Below, piece by piece: positions 1 through 11,900 of a stretch of 64,000 bases of DNA. The notes beneath the pieces are model-generated. The model was not told the origin of the DNA, searched no databases, and saw only the letters and a program-made list of their open reading frames with translations. How positions within the stretch are numbered: the stretch's first letter is position 1; every line of letters starts with the position of its first letter. The DNA is from Octopus bimaculoides (taxonomy: Eukaryota), in contig NC_068982.1 of the NCBI RefSeq assembly GCF_001194135.2, forward strand, positions 102,617,441-102,681,440. Direction: 5' to 3'. Position numbers and translations under genes: made by a program.

Positions 1-629
1 AACATATGCGTCTGTGCGAAGGTGTGTATATGTGTATGTGTGCGTGTGTACATCTATACGCATAAAACTAAAACTACACTACGTGAAATAACTCAATTGT
101 AGTGACCTGTGGCTTGAATTTGGACAACAGATGCAAAAAATATATATATCAAATACAATAAGCAACAAATTCTAGATTCAATGAAGTGATCTTAGCTTCG
201 AGAGTAAGCAAACGTCTGTTGTCATTTGCAACTAACTCCGAGTGATAAGGGGAGGTAATCTAAAAAAAATCCAGTATTCACTGGAATTGACATGCAATTA
301 AGGTGAAAACAGTTTGTTTTTGTTTTTGTTTTTTTTTTCTCTGGCGACAAGAGGTCGGCTGTGATCACTTGTTTCAGCACTAATAGATGCCACTGGCACA
401 GTAGTTGGCCTACACACACACATACACAAAGATGTGTGTGTGTTTGTGTGTGTAATGGAAGCAAACGTCTGGCGGCAATTGCGAGTGACTCCCAGTGAAA
501 GGGGAGATAATTACAACAATCAAGAAAATTCTCGTTTTAACATGCCTTTATCCAATGTGTCTGCATACGTTTAAAAATATAACATATGAACTGAAAGAGA
601 TTTAGTCGTTATTTTCAGCACGCCAAAAG

Positions 630-1301
630 AAACCTTCATGTTTAGTGTCAGTTTTGCATCCAATTCCGTGTGGAATCTTCCTTCTATTACACTCATACAA
701 TACATTATCGTCGGTGACTATTTTACTTTTTGCTTCATTGCTCTTAGCTTTGGTTTTTCTTTCACATGACTCTGTTATTTCTATAATGAAACGTTTTCTG
801 CTCTCCTCTAATACCATCACGACTAAATCCAGTGGCGACCATACTGTTGGTTTAGGAATTATCCCAAGGGGCCCCATCTACACTGGAAACATTGTATCCT
901 CATACCTCACACAACTATCAAAATACCTCATATTTTAGGCGTTTCCTTACTCAGATATGCTTTCGATTTTGGATGTCACAAGTCGGTCTACAACGCTTGA
1001 AGAAAACTGCCGTTTCTACAAACTGGGCGGCTTGTACCCAGCACTGCAACTGCTGTAGGTTGATCATTCGAATCATGAATGATACTGCTGCGCGTCATTC
1101 AACCCGCAAGCCCTCCTGCCTCCCAAATTAAGCCGATTCTTTTGACTCCCGACCATCTAGACGAAATTCTTCTTCTCTTCACTTCTTAATCATGTTGATT
1201 CTATACGTAGTACTCCCATCAAAAACAAAACCTTCATGTTTAGTGTCAGTTTTGCATTCAGTTCCGTGTGGAATCTTCTTTCTATTACACTGATGCAATA
1301 C
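630..1301. repeat. Dispersed 74-bp direct repeat pair (630-703 and 1228-1301)
   Basis: AAACCTTCATGTTTAGTGTCAGTTTTGCAT..TTCCGTGTGGAATCTTC.TTCTATTACACT.AT.CAATAC occurs twice, about 5 mismatches by eye. Confidence 0.85.
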
Positions 1302-1340
1302 TCAACGGTGGTAGGTGCTAGCGTCACCAAGATCTTTAAT

Positions 1341-1548
1341 CTGTCTCTCTTTCTGATTCTCTCTCCCCATCTCTCTCTTACCATCTCTCCCTTACCATCT
1401 CTCTCTCTATAATATCTCTCTTTCTTTCTCCGTCTCTCTCTTCCTGGGCACATACCATGATGTACGCTACAGTGTGTTCTAGAAGAAACATTTCTTTTAT
1501 CCGATCAGCTACGTTTCTGCACCATTCTCTCTCTCTCTCTCTCTCTCC

Positions 1549-1579
<31 letters not shown>

Positions 1580-1617
1580 ACTCTCTCACTCTCTCCCCCC
1601 TCTCTCTCTCTCTCTCT
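1341..1617. repeat. (CT)n microsatellites, degenerate 1341-1442 and purer 1527-1617
   Basis: Visible CT dinucleotide arrays; they explain the ER/SL-rich ORFs in the track. Confidence 0.95.
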
Positions 1618-1878
1618 GTTTAATAACCTCTGGTGCAACTCAGTGTCAAATCTACTGGGAACCTACACTTCTGTGAAACAAGCTAATGGGATACTGTCTT
1701 TGAAAATTAATTTTCTTGGAGACATTGTCATTGTCATAGACGTCAGAAAGTTTTTCGAAGAAGCGGGTCTTCCGGAAAAGTTTTCAGCCTATGGCCTTCA
1801 GTCATTTTTCGTTTCTTGGACCCAGTCTGATGATCGTCTGGAAATGAAATTCAAATAATTGAATGTGAGATTCCGACT

Positions 1879-2575
1879 GTGGGCTCGTTCCCCTGCTCCC
1901 GCCACGCTGCCGCACTTGCCCTTACCTCTCCAACATCACCCTCCTCACCGGCACCCATCATCGACCCTATCATATCACCGACTCTTTCACCTGCACTTCT
2001 ACCAATGTCATCTACTGCATCTCCTGCTCTTTCTGCCCTTCTCTATACATCGGGCAAACTGGACGCCACTTGGCGGACCGGTTCGCGGAACACCTCCGAG
2101 ACATCCGATTCGGCGATGACACCCCGATCTCGCGCCATTTCCTCTCTACCGGTCACTCTTTGCAACACCTATCTATGTTCGGATTGTCCTTGCACAGGGT
2201 TCATCCGGACTCCCGTTTTCGCCGTGAACAGTGATTAATCTTCTCTCTTCGCTCCTTTGCGCCACATGGGCTCAACTCCCCTCCCCTCTTCATCTAACCC
2301 TCCTCTCCTCTCATCTCTCCCTCTCACACCTACTTCCTCCCACCCACCTCTCGTCTCTTGCTCCCACTCCTACTTCTCTTCACTCCTACTCTCCTTCTCT
2401 CTTCTCTTCACTCCTATCGACCTTTTCCCTTCCCCTCTCCCTTCATCGTTACCCCAGCCTCATCCTAACCCACACCTCATCCTTGCTTTCCCCATTCTCG
2501 CCTCCCTCACATCCCAACGCCACCACACACCACACATCCCTCTCCAGCTTTGACTGCAGTCTATTTCTCCCAGAA
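1879..2575 (+). mobile_element. Penelope-like retroelement, 5'-truncated: GIY-YIG endonuclease pseudogene plus pyrimidine-rich 3' region
   Basis: With one frameshift near 1900 it translates as GSFPCSR/PRCRTCPYLSNITLLTGTHHRPYHITDSFTCTSTNVIYCISCSFCPSLYIGQTGRHLADRFAEHLRDIRFGDDTPISRHF...RREQ*LIFSLRSFAPHGLNSPPLFI* (stop 2295-2297). VIY..YIG, the R..EH motif and the Cys-rich linker are typical of PLE (Neptune-type) endonucleases. Confidence 0.92.
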
Positions 2576-3210
2576 TGACAGAGAAATAAACAGATACACA
2601 GAGACAATAAAGCCGAATAAGGCTATATTAAATAACATAGAAAGTAAATTCTTGTTTTATTGAAATCATCTCTACTTTCAGAACGAAGAGACCAACTGCT
2701 TGGCATTACCTCGAAATCAGAAGGGAATGCAATCTTAAGAACCAAGAAGATGGGCATACAAGTCAATCTTCAGACAATGAGATTGTCTTTTCGTTATGGC
2801 GTGCAAAATTTGGATAATTTCTCATTATTGAGATTACCTTCTCATTTAGAGATTCTGCCAATTGCTACTAATCGTTTGGTCAATTCTCTCTAGAAGTGGA
2901 GATGACTTTCAATAAAGCAAAACGTTTTCCTTTATATTATTTAATATGCCCTTATTTATCTATTAATATTTGTGTATTATGCATACATATATATTTTTAC
3001 CTGGCTTTGTTTTCCGTGTTTTAATCGAAAATTGAGACGACACTGATGCTCCTTGTGATAAGTTTGATAATTGTTAAGAGCTTACGAAACATGAAAGCAA
3101 TGGTAACCTTAATCCACAGAAAACAGAATTTTTAGCCACCAATGCGGTGTTGAGCTCTCATTCTCCCTGTTCGATATTTACGTATAAACACACATATGTG
3201 CGGGTGTATG

Positions 3211-3247
<37 letters not shown>

Positions 3248-3611
3248 GTATATATNNNNNNNNNNNNNNNNNNNNNNNNNNNNNNNNNNNNNNNNNNNNN
3301 NNNNNNNNNNNNNNNNNNNNNNNNNNNNNNNNNNNNNNNNNNNNNNNNNNNNNNNNNNNNNNNNNNNNNNNNNNNNNNNNNNNNNNNNNNNNNNNNNNNN
3401 NNNNNNNNNNNNNNNNNNNNNNNNNNNNNNNNNNNNNNNNNNNTATATATATATATATATATATATATGAGACAATTTATGGATTTATTATTAACAAGTT
3501 ATGTGTGGACTCCAGCATTATTTCAGTTACTGTACCGCTCCTGTGACATAAAAATGTGTCTTCTATACCATTATGTGAGTTTCTACGTGTTTCTGTGCAT
3601 TTTTAGCTGTG

Positions 3612-3643
<32 letters not shown>

Positions 3644-3876
3644 CGCGCACGGATATTCACTTTATATATGTACTTTAAAAATATTATTTACATTTCTTTT
3701 TCTTTGGTTTATATAAGATATATATGGATGCGGCGCGAAGCGATACGTGTGTCTATGATACAGCGTGGTGCTATGCGTGTGTATGTTGTATCTCTATTTG
3801 TGACTGTGAATGTATGTATGTATGAAGGTACGTTTATGCGTATGCGTCTCAGTCTGTGTGTGTGTGTGTGTGAGAA

Positions 3877-3908
<32 letters not shown>

Positions 3909-4145
3909 TGTATTGTGTATATCTATGCACGTATTCCTTCTGCTACATTGTCAAGATGCCTGTAATTTATAGGAACGGAAAATACATACTGCATATCTAT
4001 TAGGTACATAATTGAAGCGGAGCAACAAAGAATTTACAACTGATTATAGATTCGAACGAATCTCTGAGAATAAAACACCAACGCTCCAAGAGACGCCCAT
4101 TTACGAATATGTGTGCGTTTGTGTTATATATATGTATATGTGATA

Positions 4146-4242
<97 letters not shown>

Positions 4243-4557
4243 ATGTATATGTTCATATATATGTATGCATTACATATAGTTTGATAAAGAGAGAGGGGGA
4301 AAAGATAGACATGTATGCATATATGAATATGAAAACACNNNNNNNNNNNNNNNNNNNNNNNNNNNNNNNNNNNNNNNNNNNNNNNNNNNNNNNNNNNNNN
4401 NNNNNNNNNNNNNNNNNNNNNNNNNNNNNNNNNNNNNNNNNNNNNNNNNNNNNNNNNNNNNNNNNNNNNNNNNNNNNNNNNNNNNNNNNNNNNNNNNNNN
4501 NNNNNNNNNNNNNNNNNNNNNNNNNNNNNNNNNNNNNNNNNNNNNNNNNNNNNNNNN

Positions 4558-4593
<36 letters not shown>

Positions 4594-5027
4594 GTTTCTC
4601 TAGATACGTAGTCATATAAATGTTTGTGAGCAGTGCGTCTATCTGTGTGTGATTTATACGTGTATTTGTATATGTCTGTGTATATATATATAACTATATG
4701 TTTTTATGTTTAACACTTATGTTGATATCGGAACATTGTTGTAAAATTATGTATTTTCTTGCTTGTCTACCTATTGTCCACAGTAGGTGTTTCAGAATTT
4801 TTTCTTGTTTTTTTGTTTATAATTTATCATTTGTACTAATATTGTATCTTTGATTACTAGATACATCTTTTGGATGCTTCTTTCTTACTTGTGAGACGAA
4901 AATATTTCTCTAGACTGAAACACAATGACAGTTATTAATAATATATATACTGCTGCGGATTTGCAACATCATAATTCGTGTTATTGTCTTTTAAATATGA
5001 GTATGTTGTAATCTTTCTGTACTTGGT

Positions 5028-5125
5028 CGCTAGGCCTGCTAGAAATAACCATCAAGTCTATATCAAGCCATATCTTACCATCTTAAAAATGGAAAGACAC
5101 AGTCAACAATATAGTCTGAGATACC
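5028..5125 (-). mobile_element. Old unclassified interspersed repeat (family F), fragment
   Basis: Reverse complement AAGATGGTAAGATATG...GGTTATTTCTAGCAGG resembles segments at 14470-14505, 58085-58145 and 58300-58350. Confidence 0.4.
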
Positions 5126-5228
5126 TTATGTCTGTGGGTGGTGGATAGAATTATTTCAATGGTCTTTATCATACATGAATGCAATTGTCTTTGTAGAGAA
5201 ATTCGACCTTAAATGTGTTAAATCATGA

Positions 5229-5576
5229 CTGTGGAGGCGCAACGGCACAGTGGTTAGGGCAGCGGACTCGTGATCATAGGATCGCGGTTTCGATTCCCAG
5301 ACCGGGCGTTGTGAGTGTTTATTGAGCGAAAACACTTAAAGCTCCACGAGGCTCAGCCAGGAGATGGTGGCGAACCCTGTTGTACTCTTTCATCACAACT
5401 TCTCTCACTCTTCCTGTTTCTGCTGTACCTGAATATTCCCGAGAACTACGTTAAGAGTACACATGTCTGTGGAGTGCTCAGCCACTTGCACGTTAATTTC
5501 ACGAGCAGGCTGTTCCGTTGATCGGATCAACTGGAACCCTCGACGTCGTAAGCGACGGAGTGCCAACAACAACAAT
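5229..5576 (+). mobile_element. tRNA-derived SINE family A, internal deletion of ~40 bp
   Basis: A-box/B-box head (GGCACAGTGG ... GGTTTCGATTCCC), highly similar to the copies at 41369, 45374, 56345 and 62561; (CAA)n tail; 8-bp TSD AATCATGA (5221-5228 / 5577-5584). Confidence 0.93.
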
Positions 5577-6031
5577 AATCATGATTTGCTTCATAGCGCC
5601 ATTATGAGTACTGAAATCCCATTTTAAACATGGAGGTTCTGAAATGATATATATGTAGAAATGATTAGAAGTGATTCGAATGATTGGAATTGAATGTAAA
5701 ATATATAAACATATAAGTTGAATGATCTTTGAGTTCAAGTTCTCATTGATTTAATTTGTATTTATCCCTTGGGATTCGATAAGATAAACATCAATAAGGT
5801 ATTGGAATAAACTGACCAATTATACTTAGCCCTCAAAATATTTGGATTATTTAGTCTAAGATAGAAGTACAGTGTCCATAATATTTGGAAGGTTACACAG
5901 TCTGGTGGTGTTAATGTACACCACCAAGGACAAGGATTTCTCAAACTGTCAACCGTAAATTTTCTTTTGGTTGTTATATTCTTGTCTTTTAGTTGTCATC
6001 ATCAGCAGCAGCAGCACAGAAATAAGCAGAG

Positions 6032-6219
6032 CAGTTCATTATTTACATTATTTACATTTGACAGATGTTTGTCCTCATCTTGTTTGTTGTTAACACAACG
6101 TTTCGGCTGATATACCCTCCAGCCTTCATCAGGTGTCTTGGGGAAATTTCGAACCTGGGTCCTCATTCCTAAGGTATTTTTCGATTTTTATTATTATCAT
6201 TATTATTATCATCATTATC

Positions 6220-6259
<40 letters not shown>

Positions 6260-6336
6260 TCACTGCTTGAAATCGAACTCGGAATCTTGGGGTTAGTAGC
6301 CCGCGCTATAAACCACTACGCCATATGCCCGTGGGC
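6032..6336 (-). mobile_element. SINE-like element: tRNA-type head + (AAT)n linker + hammerhead ribozyme + 3' tail
   Basis: Minus strand has A box TGGCGTAGTGG (6313-6323), B box GTTCGATTTC (~6269-6278), an AAT/GAT linker (6189-6254) and a hammerhead core (6092-6137). The 3' tail is shared with an inverted copy at 6891-7069. Confidence 0.85.
6092..6137 (-). ncRNA. Minimal type-I hammerhead ribozyme, core intact
   Basis: GACAC-CUGAUGA-A-GGCUG-gaggguauau-CAGCC-GAAAC-GUU/GUGUU: 5-bp stem I, 5-bp stem II, and palindromic AACGUU in place of stem III. Predicted cleavage between 6097 and 6096. Confidence 0.85.
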
Positions 6337-6459
6337 TTTAATTTCAGAGTTAACCATCTCCTAGATTAGTTGTCTTTACCAGGCGGTAGAATCCAGTCTG
6401 CCCTATGAGATTACTAAAAGTGTCGGCTTTGTAAGAAGACTGTGTGTCTGTGTGGTGTA

Positions 6460-6502
<43 letters not shown>

Positions 6503-6890
6503 NNNNNNNNNNNNNNNNNNNNNNNNNNNNNNNNNNNNNNNNNNNNNNNNNNNNNNNNNNNNNNNNNNNNNNNNNNNNNNNNNNNNNNNNNNNNNNNNNN
6601 NNNNNNNNNNNNNNNNNNNNNNNNNNNNNNNNNNNNNNNNNNNNNNNNNNNNNNNNNNNNNNNNNNNNNNNNNNNNNNNNNNNNNNNNNNNNNNNNNNNN
6701 NNNNNNNNNNNNNNNNNNNNNNNNNNNNNNNNNNNNNNNNNNNNNNNNNNNNNNNNNNNNNNNNNNNNNNNNNNNNNNNNNNNNNNNNNNNNNNNNNNNN
6801 NNNNNNNNNNNNNNNNNNNNNNNNNNNNNNNNNNNNNNNNNNNNNNNNNNNNNNNNNNNNNNNNNNNNNNNNNNNNNNNNNNNNNNNNNN

Positions 6891-7069
6891 GAAACGTTGT
6901 TAACAACAAACAAGATAAGGACAAATATCCGTCAAATATAAATAATGTAAATAATATAAATAATGTAAATAATATAAATAATGTAAATAATATAAATAAT
7001 GTAAATAATATAAATAATGTAAATAATATAAATAATGTACATAATTCCTCATCTCTTAAATCTAGAACT
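6891..7069 (+). mobile_element. Second, inverted copy of the hammerhead-bearing element (3' part; 5' part lost in the gap)
   Basis: GAAACGTTGTTAACAACAAACAAGATAAGGACAAATATCCGTCAAAT matches the reverse complement of 6056-6104. Confidence 0.85.
6938..7045 (+). repeat. Tandem array of twelve 9-bp units (ATAAATAAT/GTAAATAAT; 18-bp higher-order period)
   Basis: Directly visible; the sister copy at 6037-6058 has only about two units. Confidence 0.92.
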
Positions 7070-7889
7070 GTACATAGAAGTTCAATTTAAATTTCTGTAG
7101 ATTTGTGCCTGAGAAGAAATCACGGGTAAGGAAGGAAATCTGCACGGTTCTAATTCTTGAGTCTAGGTGAAGTGTTTTGTACAAAATTGTAAAGTTAACG
7201 TAAAGTAGAGATTACGAAATAAATAGAACCTGATACGTCGGATGATATTCAGCCTGCTTGTTCAGAAGAGAAGAAAAACATCACAATGATATGCTAATGT
7301 CTGGAGATGTTTAGTGGGCTAAAGCTTTCAAAACAATAAGATGGCATATATTGAATGCTTGTGTGTCAATAATCATCGTATGTTTAGCAGCTGCTTAGTT
7401 CTAAGTATATAAGTTTTACTCTAATGTGGTCTGCACATGTGCTTTGAAGAAGATTGACTGAAGGAGATTCTAATGCTAAAGAGAAAGTCTAGTCTTTGCA
7501 ACACAGGTTGGGTGATGTTATAAATATATGGCCGTCCATCCCTCTTCATGAGAGCTAGTGAAGCCTATCCTGTGTGAAGGGTATGGAGGGTCATATTTGT
7601 ATGTTGTACATGAGTAACGAAGGTAAAACGTCGCAAATTTAAATTTAGTATGTCCTGGTGTAGTTTTAAAATATCAGCCTCTCATTGCCTGATTGGGTGA
7701 TGACTGCAACGTCTTTCTTATGAAGGTTGCGTGTGCCAGGTAGTCTGGGTGCCAACAGAGGAAAGGTTAACGAGGAGTGGGGTAAGTGCAATCTCCATGT
7801 GAATACTGTTTGACGTAATAGCGAGTAGATCGCTCATGTACGAAAAGTGTGGAGTCATAACCAAAGTGAAAGGAAAGCGGATCTAAGAC

Positions 7890-8345
7890 GATACTATCAA
7901 CTAACATTTACTGCAATGAAGCAGCCTTAGAGAAAAAATACAATCAAACAAATCAGAGATAAGCATCTGAGTGTGACATTGTGGGTGCGTAAAGAGAGAG
8001 TTTCTAACAGCCAAGCCAACACCTAACTCTTTTCTTGGACCCACGGCCACACATTTCCAAAAGAACGTGCAACCAAATCCACTTTCATTGAGCTGACCAT
8101 CCCCATGGTGACGTGTTTCAGAGAGAGATACTACATCTAATGAGTAGCTTTTCGGTTCCTGGGTGATCACTACGGTTCGTCTCTCTGGCCTTTAACTAAA
8201 ATTGTCACATTCCAATAAGCAAATTTCGTTTAACTTTCTCGTGTTGTCAACCGACCACAGTGGCAGGATAAATATTAGGCCCACCCTGTGATGCATTGGG
8301 GTACCTGCCGAGCCAGACCTGTTCACGAGTCGTTCCCAAGCCCTT
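7890..8345 (-). mobile_element. RTE-clade (BovB-like) LINE, 5' UTR and apurinic endonuclease fragment, decayed
   Basis: Minus strand encodes YWNV...RPERRTVVITQEPKSYSLDVVSLSETRHHGDGQLNESGFGCTFFWK...KELGVGLAVRNSL, matching the RTE APE pattern RPERRTAL..EL.RY.IDI.ALSETR..G.G.L.E...GYTFFW.G....GVGFA. Confidence 0.85.
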
Positions 8346-8382
8346 ATTGCCATTTACGGGTTTTGCTTGTGTATGTGTGGTG

Positions 8383-8416
<34 letters not shown>

Positions 8417-8893
8417 NNNNNNNNNNNNNNNNNNNNNNNNNNNNNNNNNNNNNNNNNNNNNNNNNNNNNNNNNNNNNNNNNNNNNNNNNNNNNNNNNNNN
8501 NNNNNNNNNNNNNNNNNNNNNNNNNNNNNNNNNNNNNNNNNNNNNNNNNNNNNNNNNNNNNNNNNNNNNNNNNNNNNNNNNNNNNNNNNNNNNNNNNNNN
8601 NNNNNNNNNNNNNNNNNNNNNNNNNNNNNNNNNNNNNNNNNNNNNNNNNNNNNNNNNNNNNNNNNNNNNNNNNNNNNNNNNNNNNNNNNNNNNNNNNNNN
8701 NNNNNNNNNNNNNNNNNNNNNNNNNNNNNNNNNNNNNNNNNNNNNNNNNNNNNNNNNNNNNNNNNNNNNNNNNNNNNNNNNNNNNNNNNNNNNNNNNNNN
8801 NNNNNNNNNNNNNNNNNNNNNNNNNNNNNNNNNNNNNNNNNNNNNNNNNNNNNNNNNNNNNNNNNNNNNNNNNNNNNNNNNNNNNNNNNNNNN

Positions 8894-8977
<84 letters not shown>

Positions 8978-11900
8978 GTATATGTACCATGTTCTTCTCG
9001 TCAATAATTTTGCAATTTACATCTTGTATAAAATGAATTACAGAATTTAATTGAATATTCATACAAGAAGTCTTATAACGTATTGCATGAAATAACCTAA
9101 GCATGTTAATATTTGTATATTGTTGTCTTCAGCTTATGTTTGTAAGAATGAAAATTCTGAGAAATAAATTTATTTTTATATCAAGTTAAAATGCAGCTTA
9201 CATAAAGGTTTAATGAGTTTTAATCCTTTAAAATATTTTAGTTTCGTTGGGTCTCTTTCTTTATTTGTTTGTTACTTTTTCAGTGGCTGTCTTTCTTCAC
9301 AGAGGAAGTATATTTGATTCCAAAGTTAATCAACATAGAAATAATGTATTTCTAAATATTTCTCTGATTTTAAATACCAAGGAATTCGGATTAGATTTGT
9401 CTTTTTATATTTTTATTGGATGAGGATGATTTTTAAATAGACAACATTGATTGATTTGACAATGAGCAGACGGCAAGATGTGGAGTAGAGCCTGGGATCA
9501 TAGGTAATGATTAGCTTTAAAGATGAAAAAAGGTCGAGTATTGTTATCAAGGATAAAGATGGGAGAGGAAAATTAGAGCTAAGTCGAGTTTCGTTTTTGA
9601 AGTCACCGAAAACTTTATGAGAGGTGTGATAATAAATGACGAGAAACAAATGTATGACTGTTGTTGGTTAGATGTGTTTCAACTAACTGCTTCACTTGAA
9701 GTCCCGTGAAGTATCGGAAATCATCTGGTACTCTGAACTCAAATAGACCTTCGCCATAAGGAGAAAACGAACTTTTGTTAGAAACCACATATTTCACCAT
9801 AGCGGTTCCAGATGAAGGTGTATTATTTAACATTTTAACGTCAATGATATCTACAGTATATGATCATATTATTAAGAAACTGTGAGATCAACAAATTTAT
9901 CTTTTCAGATTCAGAGTTGCAATCTGTGAATGTCTCAGGCCTCCAGCTGTTATATATATATATATATATATATATATACTAATAATAAAATTATTCCGTA
10001 TTGTTAGTGAATTAACTCTTTCAAGTTTATGACTGCTGATAGCGCTGCATACATTAATTCTAACTGTAGTTGTTGTAAATTAGTTCAACTCTTCCTTATC
10101 ATGGCTGTTGATAACAGGTGATAAGTCTAACGCTACTACTACGCTAATTCTAAACCTTATTGTGAATGACTTAACCTCTTGAAGTAGACGGTCGCTCGAA
10201 GCACTCAATAGGATTACTAAATATAATTGCTTCTAACACTAAATCCTAAATCCTCTTGTTAGCAATTAATACCTGTTAATAACAAGTAGGAATACCCAAC
10301 ACCAATGGAATTAAACTTTGGGTTGAAACAAAAGACTGAATCTGTGAACGGAGAAGAATTAAGATTAAAAATTTAAATATAGTCACTGGAATTTGAGAGA
10401 TTCTCAGCACATCTCCAAAGCTCACTTTTATTCTCGAGTCAGTTCACTGAAAACAGATTTTAGCTCTTTTGGATGTTTTGCTTCCCAAAATATCAAAAAG
10501 TTAACTATGAATCAACCGTTATGCATAATAAACATAACTGCAGTCAGTGACATAATTTCTTTCGATGCTTCTTTTTTTATTAAATGGTTACCAATGAATT
10601 TATTTTAACTGATGTGAAGTAATTCAGTTACCATATTCTAACTGTTAAACTGGAAATGATTGATTTCACGTTTCTATAATTATATCAGCATATGACACTT
10701 GAGTAATTCAAAACAAATTTCTTTTCACGTTATTGATTCATTAGACATATCAAAATTAGAATTAGCATCATATTCACAAGCTGATTCTCTTTTTTAAAAA
10801 AAATTGACTAAACAATAGTTGATCTAAGCAGATGCAAATAACATATTATCAATCAGACACAAATAGCAGGTGCCAAAGGTTTGGTCGATAAGAAACAGCT
10901 TACTAGACTACAAAATGTTTATGTAAGCAGACAACATAGAGAATATGGAAGCTCGAAAATATTTCGAAAACATCATTTTGAACCCAATTACATTATATGA
11001 TTTTGATCTGTAGTCTTTGTCATAGTCATACTGGAATTCTTAAAAATTATTTGTAAGATTTGGTCTATTACACTACTATATCTACTTTGCAATGGTTAGG
11101 TTCAATTCATGGAGAATTAATGTTCTATTGCCGTCTAGAAATAGATAGTTTTGGATAGACTTAAGAGAGAATTGAAAAGTATTGTTAAAAAAATAAATAA
11201 GTAAATGTCTCCTCGTAAATTTTCATGTTAATTATTATTATAAATACATCTACATATTTCATTTGCCTGTTAAGGAAGTTAGTAAAACTCGAAAGACCGG
11301 TGGATTAGGATAACTGACTGGAATTAAATCGTATTATGTTGAATTTGGGTTGTTGCTTTAAGTGAAGAGTATTTAAAATTTATATTTTAACCAATCATTT
11401 CGGATGTTCTATCGATCTAGCATCTTATCGCTCGATCGATGTGCCTATCATTGTTTCTACATCTTTGGGTTATCTACTAGAAATCAGGATTTTATGCAAG
11501 AGTCATGCAATTAATTATAAAATTTGTTTTTAAAAAAATCTAAATTCTTTCGATCTTACAAGTTTATGCCAATCATATTCACATTAAATTAGTCTTATCA
11601 TTCTTTCCTTGCTACATAACCAAACTCTCTCCATGTATTATTTTGCTCCTTGGTGGCCATCAATATGGGTTTCAACAATTTAATTTTAAACCGACTAAAG
11701 AAATACTTCCCCCCGTAATTTACGAACAGCGTTTCTAATCTTTGAAAATAATATGGATTTATTTCGTTTATACAAGGATATATAATTGTAGAGTAAAGGA
11801 ACAAACGATTACATTGTCCTAATTTTTTTACAAGTACATATTTAACCGACTCTGAAGAGTCGAATGTTATAGTCACCCTCGATGAAATTGAACTCAAAAT

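Noticed and set aside
1620-1850. Possible CR1-like LINE 3' end (GHRLK...RKTF on the minus strand)
   Set aside because: Only a short motif resemblance, with no supporting RT sequence or tail.
1826-1856. CTGATGA...GAAA as a hammerhead
   Set aside because: No stem II and no NUH/stem I pairing.
6938-7045. CRISPR-like array
   Set aside because: Contiguous 9-bp units without unique spacers, in eukaryotic DNA.
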